Source: a virus | Lineage: Duplodnaviria > Heunggongvirae > Uroviricota > Caudoviricetes | DNA length: 64,000 nt | Reading direction: 5' to 3' (one strand) | IMG/VR virus record: IMGVR_UViG_3300023118_000008 | Location: 28,188-92,187 of that record | In this document: one piece after another, positions 1-9,915 of the stretch | How the letters are laid out: each line of letters opens with the position of its first letter | Position numbering within the stretch: the first letter of the stretch is position 1 | Notes under the pieces: generated by a model | What the model was told of the DNA's origin: nothing | Database searches by the model: none | Seen by the model: only the letters and a program-made list of their open reading frames with translations | Program-made: the position numbers and the translations under genes

Positions 1-60
1 AGAAAATGAGCACAATTCTTTGGCAGACGCTAAATGGAACTATGAACTTTATAAATTTTT

Positions 61-92
61 AAAATCGGCGGAAAAAGAAGTTAAAAATAAAG
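61..92 (+). promoter_or_regulatory. Copy of recurrent GC-core intergenic motif (aaaatCGGCGGaaaaagaagttaaaaataaag), about 60 bp upstream of the first gene of the window
   Basis: GC-rich core followed by an A-rich tail, matching more than 30 similarly placed copies in the window. Confidence 0.5.
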
Positions 93-154
93 TTAAAATC
101 CTAGGAAATACCAAATAAAATAAGTAATTTAGAAGTCTAATAATAATCAAGTAA

Positions 155-850
155 ATGACAACAAACAGAAAGCTATCTAAAAAGAAACCTTTAGATGATG
201 ATACTTCAAAAAACTATGAAAAGTTTAAAATTGAACTTACAAAAGAGCAAAAAGGCATAGTTAATTTCCTGAGACAAAATAAAGTGAGTTTGATAACTGG
301 TGAAAGCGGAACCAGCAAAGATACAATATGTTTTTATAGAGGGTTAGATGCCGTGATAAACAAAGAATTTGACAAGCTTATTGTTGTACGTCCGCTGGTA
401 CAGAGTGGTGCCAATTTGGGTTTTCTCAAAGGAGATTTGTCAGAAAAGACAGCAGTTTATGAAGATTTTTATAAATATCATTTAGGAAAGATACTAAATA
501 AAGCAGAGTTAGAAAGAATAAAAAATAAGATTGAATTTGAAACAACTCAATTTTCAAGAGGTAAGAATTGGGAATACTCTTTTATTATAGTTTCTGAAGC
601 TCAGTCATTTAATTTACATGAACTTTTTACTTTAGTAACTAGAGTGTCTGAATCTTCAGTTATTGTTTTTAATGGGGATTACGAATTACAAAATGATATT
701 GGGAATAAATCGGGATATAAGGATTTTATTAATATTATTAAAGGTATTGATGGAATTGATTACGTTAATCTAGGGGACGAGTTTCAAATGAGAAGTCAAC
801 TTATTACTCAGATTAACAGAGCTCATAAAAAGTTTTTAAATGGAAGATAA
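155..850 (+). CDS. phoH: PhoH-like ATPase
   Basis: Degenerate P-loop LITGESGTSKD plus a FSRGKNWEYSFIIVSEAQS...VIVFNGD block resembling the PhoH RGRT...IILDEAQN...VITGD motifs. Confidence 0.7.
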   Translation: MTTNRKLSKKKPLDDDTSKNYEKFKIELTKEQKGIVNFLRQNKVSLITGESGTSKDTICFYRGLDAVINKEFDKLIVVRPLVQSGANLGFLKGDLSEKTAVYEDFYKYHLGKILNKAELERIKNKIEFETTQFSRGKNWEYSFIIVSEAQSFNLHELFTLVTRVSESSVIVFNGDYELQNDIGNKSGYKDFINIIKGIDGIDYVNLGDEFQMRSQLITQINRAHKKFLNGR

Positions 851-1667
851 TAACTGGTATGTTTATAGACATTTAAAACCTAATGGCGAGGTATTTTATA
901 TCGGTATTGGGAGAGCAAAAAACTATAAAAGAGCTAATTCAAAATATGGAAGGAATTCCTATTGGACTAACCTTGTTAATAAATATGGATATCATGCAGA
1001 AATATTAAGTCATAATCTTTCTGTAGACGAAGCTAAAGATTTAGAGGTTTTACTGATTTCTTGGTATAAGAGGATAGACTGCTGTGGTGGCACTTTAGTA
1101 AATCTTACAGATGGTGGCGATGGCTACAATCCTTCGGAAGAAACTCGTTTAAAGAGGAGTGTTGCACAACTGGGGAATAAGAATCACATGTTTGGCAAAA
1201 AAGGAAAAGATAGCCCATCTTTTGGAAAATCTAAACACTCGCATGCTCAAAAACAAAAATGGAGCGAGGAAAGAGCAGGTACTCAGGTTGGAGAAGATAA
1301 TCCTTTCTATGGAAGATTCCACACAGAGGAACAAATAGAAAAGTGGAAGATAGACGAAAGGAGAATTCATAGAGGTGAAGATAATGGAATGTTTGGAAAA
1401 AGTGGTGAGTTAGCACCTTGTTATGGAAGAGTAGGGGAATTACATCCCATGTTTGGTAAAGAAGGCCATTGGAAAGGTAAGAAATTACCAAAGGAAGCTA
1501 TAGAGAATATGAAAAATTGTGGAGGTAAAATAGTTCTAGACATTGAAACAGGGGTTTATTATTTATCTGTAAGGGAGGCTTCTGATTATTGTAGATTAAC
1601 TTATGGACACTTACTAAAAGTTTTTAAAGGGGAATATAAGAATTATACAAGTTTAAGACTTGTTTGA
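840..1667 (+). CDS. GIY-YIG homing endonuclease with NUMOD3-like repeats (I-TevI-like)
   Basis: N-terminal YVYRH...EVFYIGIG...N motif; four tandem NhMFGKkG/NPFYGR repeats resembling NUMOD DNA-binding modules; overlaps the phoH-like stop by 11 bp, typical of a free-standing homing endonuclease. Confidence 0.75.
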   Translation: MEDNNWYVYRHLKPNGEVFYIGIGRAKNYKRANSKYGRNSYWTNLVNKYGYHAEILSHNLSVDEAKDLEVLLISWYKRIDCCGGTLVNLTDGGDGYNPSEETRLKRSVAQLGNKNHMFGKKGKDSPSFGKSKHSHAQKQKWSEERAGTQVGEDNPFYGRFHTEEQIEKWKIDERRIHRGEDNGMFGKSGELAPCYGRVGELHPMFGKEGHWKGKKLPKEAIENMKNCGGKIVLDIETGVYYLSVREASDYCRLTYGHLLKVFKGEYKNYTSLRLV

Positions 1668-2004
1668 TACAGACTTAATAATGACTAAAGAACAAATAAT
1701 CCAATTTCTAAGCGAATTAAAAACTTCTTATCACCTCAACGAAATGGTTTATACGCAAGGAAGCTGTTTCAGGCTATATTCTATTTTAGTTTGTCTCCTA
1801 CCCGAAATTAAGCCTTGGTATTCTCATTTGGAAGGACATTGGATTATAGAATTTGAAGACAGTTTCTATGATATTAATGGGGAGATTTCTAAGACTTATA
1901 TTTTAGATAAACAGTATGAGCTTATTACTGATTCTTTAACTCTTTCTTCCGCGAAAATTCCAACTTATGAAAGACAATGCAGTTCTTATTCAAAGTATTG
2001 TTAA
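1660..2004 (+). CDS. hypothetical protein
   Basis: ORF on the coding strand immediately after the preceding gene. Confidence 0.4.
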   Translation: MFDTDLIMTKEQIIQFLSELKTSYHLNEMVYTQGSCFRLYSILVCLLPEIKPWYSHLEGHWIIEFEDSFYDINGEISKTYILDKQYELITDSLTLSSAKIPTYERQCSSYSKYC

Positions 2005-2255
2005 TCTAAAGTTAACTGATTTGTTTTATTAGAATAAAGGTTGTATATTTGCATAAGAAATAAGTATATTAATAGTATTGTAAGCTAAAGGCTCAACTCA
2101 GAGATAACTGTGCACCAGAGGACAACCATTAAGATAACCACAACTATTAAATGAAGAGATCGAGAGATTATCTTATTTTTATAAACCTATAGGTATCTCC
2201 CGGAGCTCAGGATGTAGATGAAACCAGCATCAATATTTATAGGTTTATTTTAAAT

Positions 2256-2328
2256 GTGGATTGTAGCTGAATGGTAAAGCACCTGATTGTGGTTCAGGCG
2301 ATTGAGGGTTCGACTCCCTCCTTTCCAA
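2256..2328 (+). tRNA. tRNA candidate, anticodon GTG (His), with G at -1; acceptor stem has two T-T mismatches
   Basis: Anticodon arm CCTGA-TTGTGGT-TCAGG, T-arm GAGGG-TTCGACT-CCCTC, D-arm GCT-GAATGGTAA-AGC; read manually, needs tRNAscan. Confidence 0.5.
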
Positions 2329-2343
2329 CTAAAAACAAGAAAA

Positions 2344-2457
2344 ATGACAACGGAACAAAGACTAGAATTATTAAGAATTGCATCAAACTTAAATGGAACA
2401 CACTGTATAGAAGATGTATTAGAAAACTATAAAAAACTTCTACAAACTATTCAATAA
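2344..2457 (+). CDS. small hypothetical protein (37 aa, MTTEQRLELLRIASNLNG...)
   Basis: Short ORF below the track cutoff in an otherwise gene-free gap after the tRNA. Confidence 0.25.
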   Translation: MTTEQRLELLRIASNLNGTHCIEDVLENYKKLLQTIQ

Positions 2458-2630
2458 TGATAAACAAACCAACCCAATCAAGAAGATTTTTAGGTAAGAC
2501 TGAAAACTTCAATTCAAAGCAAGACCAAGCTTTTCACCAAAGAATGTTGAAAGCCTATTTACAAGGAAGGCAGACCTTTAAATTCTGGGGAGAACAATAT
2601 CAAGTAAATCAAAAATTAATTCAAATCTAA
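2457..2630 (+). CDS. small hypothetical protein (57 aa)
   Basis: Short ORF whose ATG overlaps the preceding stop (taATGa). Confidence 0.25.
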   Translation: MINKPTQSRRFLGKTENFNSKQDQAFHQRMLKAYLQGRQTFKFWGEQYQVNQKLIQI

Positions 2631-2881
2631 TGAGAGTAATTGAAACACACGAGTTTAATAACTCGGATCACGGAGAAGTTTCACGGGTAATAGTTGAAGT
2701 TCATACAGATTCTGCGGGGTCTGATTCTGTATCTATTGGAGAAGGAGAGCCCGAAGATATGTATTTATTTAGAGACTTATCAGATGCTTATTCTATTTCT
2801 GATTTAGTATCAATGGCTTATCAAGCGGGTAAAAACGGGGAAGAATTTGAGTATAAATTAATTGAAGAAAAAGAAGAATAA
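2630..2881 (+). CDS. hypothetical acidic protein
   Basis: ORF whose start abuts the preceding stop. Confidence 0.45.
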   Translation: MRVIETHEFNNSDHGEVSRVIVEVHTDSAGSDSVSIGEGEPEDMYLFRDLSDAYSISDLVSMAYQAGKNGEEFEYKLIEEKEE

Positions 2882-3718
2882 ATGATTGTACAGAAAGATG
2901 GAGAACAGTTTATAGTGACCACTACTAACAAAGCAATTGATGTTATTCTTTATTTCCCGAAATTAGATACTAATGGAAGTAGATTAGATTCGGCTATTCA
3001 GAAGATAGAAAGTGAAGGCTCGATGAGAGATAAAGGCCTAGAATTAATTCAGAAAGCAAGAGAAGTAGCTTTTCCAAATTGGGGAAATATTGAGATACTA
3101 GATGAGCAAAAACTAAAGAATTCTGACTCAACTCGCCATAAAAGTCAAAGTGGGGAAGCTCATCCGAAAATTTTAGGTGAGTGTGTGGTTTTTAATAGTA
3201 ATCCAATTAACTGTACTTGGTTTCAAACTTTAACTGGCGAGGCTTTTAGAGAAGATAAACTTTCAGAAGCGTATCAAAAGGAACAAAGGGAACTCAATAA
3301 AGGTTTGGCAGAGAAAGAAGTATTTAAGAAATTAGAAATCCGACCCGAAGATATATGGAACGCAACTAAAAAAGAGGGTATAAAAAAATCTATTGACAGT
3401 TATGAGTCCTTTAAAGGGAATGATAAATTCAAACCTTTTACGGGTAAGAAAGAAACGGAAGGTAAATCAGACTACTCTGAAATCAATTTAGGTATTTTAG
3501 ATTTGATGGCTGAAAGATTTCAGGCTAACAAAGGAAAGTACGAGCATGGAAACAGTAAAAAGCCTTTAGATAAACAGCAGATCCTGTGGGCATTGTTCAG
3601 ACACGTAAAGAAAATGGTTCAACCTATTGAAGATGATGAAGAGAGCTTTAAAGAACATTTAGCGGCGACATTAACAAACTGCTCAATTATACTAGACCAA
3701 TTAGAACTTGAAAAATAA
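2882..3718 (+). CDS. hypothetical protein
   Basis: 278-aa ORF whose start abuts the preceding stop. Confidence 0.5.
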   Translation: MIVQKDGEQFIVTTTNKAIDVILYFPKLDTNGSRLDSAIQKIESEGSMRDKGLELIQKAREVAFPNWGNIEILDEQKLKNSDSTRHKSQSGEAHPKILGECVVFNSNPINCTWFQTLTGEAFREDKLSEAYQKEQRELNKGLAEKEVFKKLEIRPEDIWNATKKEGIKKSIDSYESFKGNDKFKPFTGKKETEGKSDYSEINLGILDLMAERFQANKGKYEHGNSKKPLDKQQILWALFRHVKKMVQPIEDDEESFKEHLAATLTNCSIILDQLELEK

Positions 3719-4168
3719 ATGAAACTTTTATATCTAACCGCTTTGAACGCTGTACCGACAGAAGAAGGGCAAAAAAGAATTGAGAAAGCTGTAAAGAAAA
3801 ATAAAAACGTCGATGAAGATAATGCTGTGCAAGGCTCGGCTCAATGGTATAGAAATTTAGGGGTTGCAGTACCAAAGGATTTAGAAGACGAGGAGGCAGA
3901 TGAAATTGATGAGGACGGGATGATGCAGTTGCCTTTGGAGGAGATAGATTATGAATTCTCGGATTTATTAATACCTTTAAAAGAGTTTTCCGCTTGTGAA
4001 GAACACCCTTTGATAGGCTCTCACTTATTTACAAAAGCTGGCGAAATATTTCATATAGAAGAAACACCTGAACAATTATTTCAATATATTACGGTTATAA
4101 GTCGCCCGCGATATCAAAAACTAATAGATTGGATTAAAATAAAATTAAAGATTAATATAAACAATTAA
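3719..4168 (+). CDS. hypothetical acidic protein
   Basis: ORF starting directly after the upstream stop. Confidence 0.45.
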   Translation: MKLLYLTALNAVPTEEGQKRIEKAVKKNKNVDEDNAVQGSAQWYRNLGVAVPKDLEDEEADEIDEDGMMQLPLEEIDYEFSDLLIPLKEFSACEEHPLIGSHLFTKAGEIFHIEETPEQLFQYITVISRPRYQKLIDWIKIKLKININN

Positions 4169-4187
4169 ATTAAATAAGGAAAGCAAG

Positions 4188-4862
4188 ATGGCAAACATTT
4201 ATGTTCAAATTGATTACAGCACTGGCAGTGTGTACCAATACAGTAAGGATCAACAAGAGGGCTACGAAAAGCACACTAATTCAAAAGGTGTTGATTCATG
4301 GAGAAAGATCTACAACAAAGGGTTGTATGGGAAACTAGAATCAGTTTCTTTGAGAGACAGTAATTTTGGAAAAGAAATTTCTGTGGCTGTAAAAGATAAA
4401 AATGGGGATAACGTATTTTTAAATATGCCTTTGTTCGATGCAAAGAAGAATTTAGCCTCTTATGCAGAATCTTTTATTACAGTTCTACCAAACTTAAAAG
4501 TTGGTCAAGAGTACAGGTTTTATCCTTACAATATTAAGGAGGAAGGTCAGAAATATTCTAAAGTAGGAGTATCAGTTGTTCCCGCAAACATTAAAGAAGA
4601 AACAGTCGATAAGGACAATGCACCTAAAAAGTTAACTTACACTTACACAAAAGATGGCGTAGAAGTTAAGGGTGATATACCAGCGATAAATTGGGAGGAA
4701 GATTTTGATGGGTCGAGAACGATGAACGCAAAGGCTAAAAATAAATATCTTTATGACATTCTTTTAGCAAACGTTTCTGAATCTAAGCAACAAGAACAGC
4801 CTGCACCACAAGCAGAAACTAAAAAACAAGAAACAATAGATAGTAGTAACCTGCCTTTTTAA
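4188..4862 (+). CDS. hypothetical protein
   Basis: 224-aa ORF on the coding strand. Confidence 0.5.
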   Translation: MANIYVQIDYSTGSVYQYSKDQQEGYEKHTNSKGVDSWRKIYNKGLYGKLESVSLRDSNFGKEISVAVKDKNGDNVFLNMPLFDAKKNLASYAESFITVLPNLKVGQEYRFYPYNIKEEGQKYSKVGVSVVPANIKEETVDKDNAPKKLTYTYTKDGVEVKGDIPAINWEEDFDGSRTMNAKAKNKYLYDILLANVSESKQQEQPAPQAETKKQETIDSSNLPF

Positions 4863-4863
4863 T

Positions 4864-5250
4864 ATGGAAAAAGAACAAACTAACATAATGGAGTATGATT
4901 ATGCTCCCGACCAAATAGTAACTTTAGAATTAAAAGGGCATCAACTGTATGGACTGATTGAACTTTTAGACTATGTAATCGAAGATAATTCCTATAAAGA
5001 TATTTATTTGGACGGTTATCCAACAACAGCAGAGCCAGTAACTGTGGAATTAGAAGATGGTAAAAAAGTTATAGACAGGGTGGAAGTGGAATGGAAAACA
5101 CATCCTAATCTAAACTCTTTCTTTTCGCAAAAAGTTACCTCAGGTGTTTCTCAAATCGGCGCAAGAGCAATTGATTTAAACTTAGTGCTAAAAAGAATTC
5201 ACGAACAGATGGTTCTAGACGGAACAGCTAAAAAACAAACAGATTTATAG
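4864..5250 (+). CDS. hypothetical protein
   Basis: ORF abutting both neighbours. Confidence 0.45.
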   Translation: MEKEQTNIMEYDYAPDQIVTLELKGHQLYGLIELLDYVIEDNSYKDIYLDGYPTTAEPVTVELEDGKKVIDRVEVEWKTHPNLNSFFSQKVTSGVSQIGARAIDLNLVLKRIHEQMVLDGTAKKQTDL

Positions 5251-6789
5251 ATGGCAACATTAGTAGGAGACAAAAAAGATTTATTAGAAGGATTTGATAT
5301 AGTCTGTAATGCTGTCAAAAGGACTTTAGGGGCTGAGGGAAAATTAGCTGTCTTGGAAAACACTCAAATGGGAGTACCTAAAGTAACAAAAGACGGCGTT
5401 TCTGTCGCCCGACATATTGTAGAGAATGACCCTGTGAAATATCAGGGTGTTCTTCTAGCAAAACAGGCGGCAATTAAGACCTTAGTGGAAATTGGTGACA
5501 ACACAACTACGACTTTAGTTCTAGCCCAATCCCTTATCAAGGAAATCGGGGATAATTTTAACAAAAAAATGGAGTTCGGCATAGAAGAAGCCCATAAAGA
5601 TGCTCAAAGATACCTTAACAAATTCGCCAAAAAGACTAATAAAAAAACAGTAAGGGACATAGCGACAGTTTCTGCCAATAATGATAAAAACATAGGAGAA
5701 ATCATTGCAAGAGCTTATGAAGAGTCAAATAACGGGGAAGGGATTATTGATTCCGTGCAATCCATAAAAGAAAAATCAGTTTCTTTGAAAGTTTCCACAG
5801 GGATGAAATTAGACAGGGGATGGTTCACGCCAAGCCTTATCAATAATGAGCCTAAAGGTATTTTTGAAGCTGAGAATTGCAATGTATTGGTTTTTGAGGG
5901 GTATGAAATCCACGATTCAGAGGAAGTAAAAAGCTTTATCAACTCTAAAAAGAATAAAGGAGAAGCTGTTTTATTAGTGGTGGAAAGATTGGGAGATCCT
6001 ACCTTTGCCACGGAGAAACTTGCAAAGGTCGTAATGTCAGGAGCAAGCGTAATGCTTATAGAAGCTCCGATGTATAGGGATGATGACAGCAGAATCCAAA
6101 CCATGAGGGATATTGCCTTGTACACGGGCGGAAAAGTTTATAGGCAAGGACAGCAGGAACCTTTAGAAGCAGGTCTGGCAGAAAAAGTGACAGTAAACTT
6201 GAACTCAACCAATATTTCAAATGCAAGGAATCAAGAAGTTGAAGAAAAGCTCAAGGAACTTAAAAATTTGCAAGGCCAAGACGCAGAAATCGATACTGAC
6301 TTCTTAAACCACCGCATAAAAACTTTGGAAGGGAAATCCGTTACAGTTGTTGTGGGAGGAGATATTGAAGTCGGAGCATCAGAAGTCTTTGACAGGGTAG
6401 ATGATGCCATTAAAGCAGTAAAATCAGTGTTATTGGAAGGTTCTTTAGCAGGAGGAGGTTCAGCTTTGGCATATATCTCTAATTTAATGAACAGGAGTTT
6501 TGAGAATAAGGATATGCAGTATGGATATGATGCTTTCAAGAGAGCTTTATTATCACCCCTAAAACAAATCTGCGAGAATGCAAGAAGAGAGCCTGATGAA
6601 CATCTAAAAAAAGCCTTTGAAATTTACGGATGGGGTTATAATGGTACAACAGATGAAACTTCAAACCTTTTAAAAGATTCTATCATTGACTCTAAGAAAG
6701 GGATTTCAGTGGCCTTAAAGAACGCAAAAGCAACAGCAATTTTAATTTTGAACATAGACGTAATAAGCACAATTTCACACATAATTTAA
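5251..6789 (+). CDS. GroEL-like (Hsp60 family) chaperonin, divergent
   Basis: N-terminal region aligns by eye to the GroEL equatorial domain: AVKRTLGAEGK..VTKDGVSVAR..GDNTTTTLVLAQ versus GroEL AVKVTLGPKGR..ITKDGVSVAR..GDGTTTATVLAQ; C-terminal LAGGGSAL; 512 aa. Confidence 0.75.
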   Translation: MATLVGDKKDLLEGFDIVCNAVKRTLGAEGKLAVLENTQMGVPKVTKDGVSVARHIVENDPVKYQGVLLAKQAAIKTLVEIGDNTTTTLVLAQSLIKEIGDNFNKKMEFGIEEAHKDAQRYLNKFAKKTNKKTVRDIATVSANNDKNIGEIIARAYEESNNGEGIIDSVQSIKEKSVSLKVSTGMKLDRGWFTPSLINNEPKGIFEAENCNVLVFEGYEIHDSEEVKSFINSKKNKGEAVLLVVERLGDPTFATEKLAKVVMSGASVMLIEAPMYRDDDSRIQTMRDIALYTGGKVYRQGQQEPLEAGLAEKVTVNLNSTNISNARNQEVEEKLKELKNLQGQDAEIDTDFLNHRIKTLEGKSVTVVVGGDIEVGASEVFDRVDDAIKAVKSVLLEGSLAGGGSALAYISNLMNRSFENKDMQYGYDAFKRALLSPLKQICENARREPDEHLKKAFEIYGWGYNGTTDETSNLLKDSIIDSKKGISVALKNAKATAILILNIDVISTISHII

Positions 6790-6792
6790 AAA

Positions 6793-7089
6793 ATGGAACA
6801 ATATAAAACAGCAGAAGGAGTTTCTTCAAACCATTCAAGCTTAGATAACTTTTTACAGCAACTAGATTTTAAACTTGGAAGATTAGCTGAAATTAAGGAG
6901 AGGCTTGAAAACAAAGTTGAAAAAATTTATGGCATTAAAGACTTTGGAAGTCTAGATAAGACTGATGGTAGCCCTGTAAAACCCATCTTCATCCCAACTG
7001 AAGATACTCTTGGATATAAGTTAGATCATTTAGAACTTTTATTGGTAGATATTAATATTCTAGTAGATAAAATAGAAGGATTTATTTAA
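6793..7089 (+). CDS. hypothetical protein (not GroES-like)
   Basis: ORF directly after the chaperonin gene; no GroES similarity seen. Confidence 0.4.
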   Translation: MEQYKTAEGVSSNHSSLDNFLQQLDFKLGRLAEIKERLENKVEKIYGIKDFGSLDKTDGSPVKPIFIPTEDTLGYKLDHLELLLVDINILVDKIEGFI

Positions 7090-7290
7090 CGACAATTAAA
7101 AACTGCGTTTTATCGGGCGCATAAAAGTGAAAAAAGCATCGTAGTAGCTAATTTGAAAATCCAGGATGCTTGTGATACCCGAAGCACAATAAAATAAAAG
7201 AGAATCAAAGTAACGGAGACGTTGTCTATAAAATAAAACATCTGAGGTTAACTCTCCTCTGTGTAGTGAAGCTGTAGATTTCAAGCTTAA

Positions 7291-7312
7291 GACCCCTTAG
7301 AGGGGTTTTTTG
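7291..7312 (+). terminator. Rho-independent terminator (GACCCCT-TAG-AGGGGTTTTTTTG)
   Basis: Perfect GC-rich hairpin followed by a T7 run after the chaperonin operon. Confidence 0.7.
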
Positions 7313-7408
7313 TTATATAAAAGTTAAATATATTTGATTTAGATTTAAAATAGATTACTTTTACAATATAAAATTAAAGTATTGACAGAATAAAGAATAT
7401 GAAACAGA

Positions 7409-7906
7409 ATGGTAAATAAATATTATTTTCAAGGGGATATAAGTGTTGAAAGCGTAAATAATTTAATAGAAGTTTTAAATGGATTTGAAGGAGCTGTTGA
7501 TTTATGGTTTTCTTCTTGTGGCGGACATCCATCATCTATGAGATTTCTGATAAGTTATTTGAATTCTAGAAAAGACGAGATTAAAATAACTTTGACAGAC
7601 GAAATCTGTTCTGCGGCGACTCTATTACTAATTGATTTTGAAGGAGTTTTGGAATACAACGATTTAGATTTTATCTTGTTTCACATGTTTGACCGTGAAA
7701 GATATCCTCTCAGACAAAGTGGTTCTGTGAGTGATAACAAGATTCAAAAGCAGGATCTAAAGGGAAATATAGAAATGGCTCTAAAATTCCGCGAGAAAAA
7801 TATTCTAACAAAAGAACAGTCTAGAAAATTCTTAAAAGGTAAGGATGTTGTATTATATGAAAAACAAATTAGAAAATTATGGAAAACCTCAGAACAGGAA
7901 ATTTAA
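7409..7906 (+). CDS. ClpP/S14-fold protein (possible Clp protease-like; catalytic residues uncertain)
   Basis: DLWFSSCGGHPSSMRFLISYLNS resembles the ClpP INSPGGSVTAGLAIYDTM region; weak. Confidence 0.3.
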   Translation: MVNKYYFQGDISVESVNNLIEVLNGFEGAVDLWFSSCGGHPSSMRFLISYLNSRKDEIKITLTDEICSAATLLLIDFEGVLEYNDLDFILFHMFDRERYPLRQSGSVSDNKIQKQDLKGNIEMALKFREKNILTKEQSRKFLKGKDVVLYEKQIRKLWKTSEQEI

Positions 7907-8238
7907 TCAAACATAAAGAATGGGGAAATGTAGAAGTCTATGGCGCAAACCCAGATGGTGTTCAAGTTTTATATTTTGATTCAGTTTATTTATGTGATTG
8001 GAAAGAAGTAGAAGAATTACCTTTAAGTAAAGAAAATTTAAAGCTGTTCAAATCTATCCAAGAAATATCAGAAGGTGAATATAACGTAGATAATTTTCTT
8101 TTATTGAAATTAGAAGATTTAGATTGGGTCGATATCTGCTTTGACACTTATATTAAAGGGGTGTATCTGACTTGTGTATTAACTGTCTCCGAACTTCAAA
8201 ACTTATATTTGGATTTGACGCGAAATAAATTAGAATAA
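7879..8238 (+). CDS. hypothetical protein
   Basis: ORF on the coding strand. Confidence 0.4.
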   Translation: MENLRTGNLIKHKEWGNVEVYGANPDGVQVLYFDSVYLCDWKEVEELPLSKENLKLFKSIQEISEGEYNVDNFLLLKLEDLDWVDICFDTYIKGVYLTCVLTVSELQNLYLDLTRNKLE

Positions 8239-8245
8239 CAAAATT

Positions 8246-8434
8246 ATGGCAAACGAAGAAAATTTTACAGTAGGTTGTAATGTATGTGGAAATTGGTACG
8301 AGAATTGGATTGGTAGTACGCCTTGTTGTGGATCTATTGCTTATGAAGTTGACACAGAGACAGGTAAAAAGAAAGATAATATATTTTTATACGTAAAACT
8401 AGAGGATGAAAATAACGGAGAGAAGATTAGTTGA
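8246..8434 (+). CDS. small Cys-rich (zinc-ribbon-like) protein
   Basis: CNVCGNW...PCCG pattern. Confidence 0.35.
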   Translation: MANEENFTVGCNVCGNWYENWIGSTPCCGSIAYEVDTETGKKKDNIFLYVKLEDENNGEKIS

Positions 8435-8609
8435 GCAACAATGGTATAAAACTGAATGTACTAAAACAGGATGGGATTCTTTTGGTTATACTTTTTTAGA
8501 TGACGGAAATACTATGAGCAATAAATGGACTGTAGTAAATATATTAGACACAGATAAACACTCAAACCCAACCTTAGCAATCGTAGAAAAAGAAACATGG
8601 ATAAAATAG
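8406..8609 (+). CDS. hypothetical protein
   Basis: Small ORF packed between neighbouring genes. Confidence 0.35.
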   Translation: MKITERRLVEQQWYKTECTKTGWDSFGYTFLDDGNTMSNKWTVVNILDTDKHSNPTLAIVEKETWIK

Positions 8610-8622
8610 AATTTAAAAAATT

Positions 8623-8805
8623 ATGAGAAGATATAAAAGTTTTTATGTGCAGTTTGACATAAGGGATGATCGAAAACCTTTTTGGATTATAGCTACAACG
8701 CCCGATCAAAGTGAAAATGTTTGGCATATCCCTGCAAAAGTAAATAGCTTAGACAGAGCAATGGAAATAGTCTTAGAAGATATTTCAGATAAAATAAAAG
8801 GCTAA
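8623..8805 (+). CDS. hypothetical protein
   Basis: Small ORF on the coding strand. Confidence 0.35.
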   Translation: MRRYKSFYVQFDIRDDRKPFWIIATTPDQSENVWHIPAKVNSLDRAMEIVLEDISDKIKG

Positions 8806-8956
8806 TGACAGAAGATTGGAACCCTAGCTATACAAAATATAATTCTAAGACCCATAAGTTTGAACATATTTTTTATGATAAGGCTTGGTATTGTAATGAT
8901 AACAAAATCATACATAAGAGTGAAAAAGAAAAGGATAATTGCAAATATTGTAATTC

Positions 8957-9334
8957 ATGATAGAAGATTGGAAAAAACTAACAGATAAAATTACCCAAGA
9001 GTGGATTAAGAAGTGTTTTGAAATTTCTGAAGGCGAAGATTTAGATTATTATTGGGTGGCAAATCAAGTAGGAACAGTTTTTGAATTTGCCGATTATTGG
9101 GTTAGCTTCGAAAATGTTTTAGATTGCTACAATTATGATGTATCGAAAGAAAACTTCTTTAATTGGTATGACAAATGCCTTTCTGATTCCTCTTTTCAGC
9201 TGTCTTTGACTAATTTTATATTAAAGCCTAAAGAGTTAAAAGAACAAGAAAGGCTCGGTCTAGAAAGATCTAAAGAAAACTTAAAATTCGCGGAGGAAGA
9301 ATTTAAAAAACTAATTGAGTCTTATGAAAAATAA
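8957..9334 (+). CDS. hypothetical protein
   Basis: ORF on the coding strand. Confidence 0.4.
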   Translation: MIEDWKKLTDKITQEWIKKCFEISEGEDLDYYWVANQVGTVFEFADYWVSFENVLDCYNYDVSKENFFNWYDKCLSDSSFQLSLTNFILKPKELKEQERLGLERSKENLKFAEEEFKKLIESYEK

Positions 9335-9650
9335 AGAGTTAGAAAAAAGAATCAGAACAGTTTTTTATCAAAATACACATGATAATCCTTACGAAGCTTG
9401 TATTAACTTTGAAAACATTGATGATCTAATAAATAAGCTGTTGTTTTTACATGCTCATACACCAGGAAGATATTTCCAAAGCATTCTGTGGAGGATAAAA
9501 ACGGATAGGGAAGTTCGTATTGGAGATATAATAACTTTGGAGTTTAAAGAACTTCAGTGTATAGAAAAAGATGAGTATAAACTCCTCACAAATGACGGTT
9601 TAGATGGGGTAAGATGGGAAGATTTAAATAAGGAATGGAAAGTATTATGA
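9315..9650 (+). CDS. hypothetical protein
   Basis: ORF on the coding strand. Confidence 0.4.
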   Translation: MSLMKNKELEKRIRTVFYQNTHDNPYEACINFENIDDLINKLLFLHAHTPGRYFQSILWRIKTDREVRIGDIITLEFKELQCIEKDEYKLLTNDGLDGVRWEDLNKEWKVL

Positions 9651-9915
9651 TAAGAATAGATAACATATTATCCAATTACATTAAATTATAACTAAAATAG
9701 CTAATATATTATACATGACAAAAGAAGATATTATAGGATTAACTTTAGAATCCGCGCGAGAAAAACTTAAAAACAAAGATTTTAGAATTGTCAAAATAAA
9801 TCATAGAAATATGGCAGTAACAGACGATTTTAATTCAGACAGATATAATTTAGAAATAGAAAACAATATAATAGTAAACTGTTATGAAGGTTAATAAACA
9901 ATTAAAATTATCCTA

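Noticed and set aside
6793-7089. GroES co-chaperonin downstream of the GroEL-like gene
   Set aside because: The 98-aa product has no resemblance to the GroES mobile-loop or beta-barrel consensus; it is only size-compatible.
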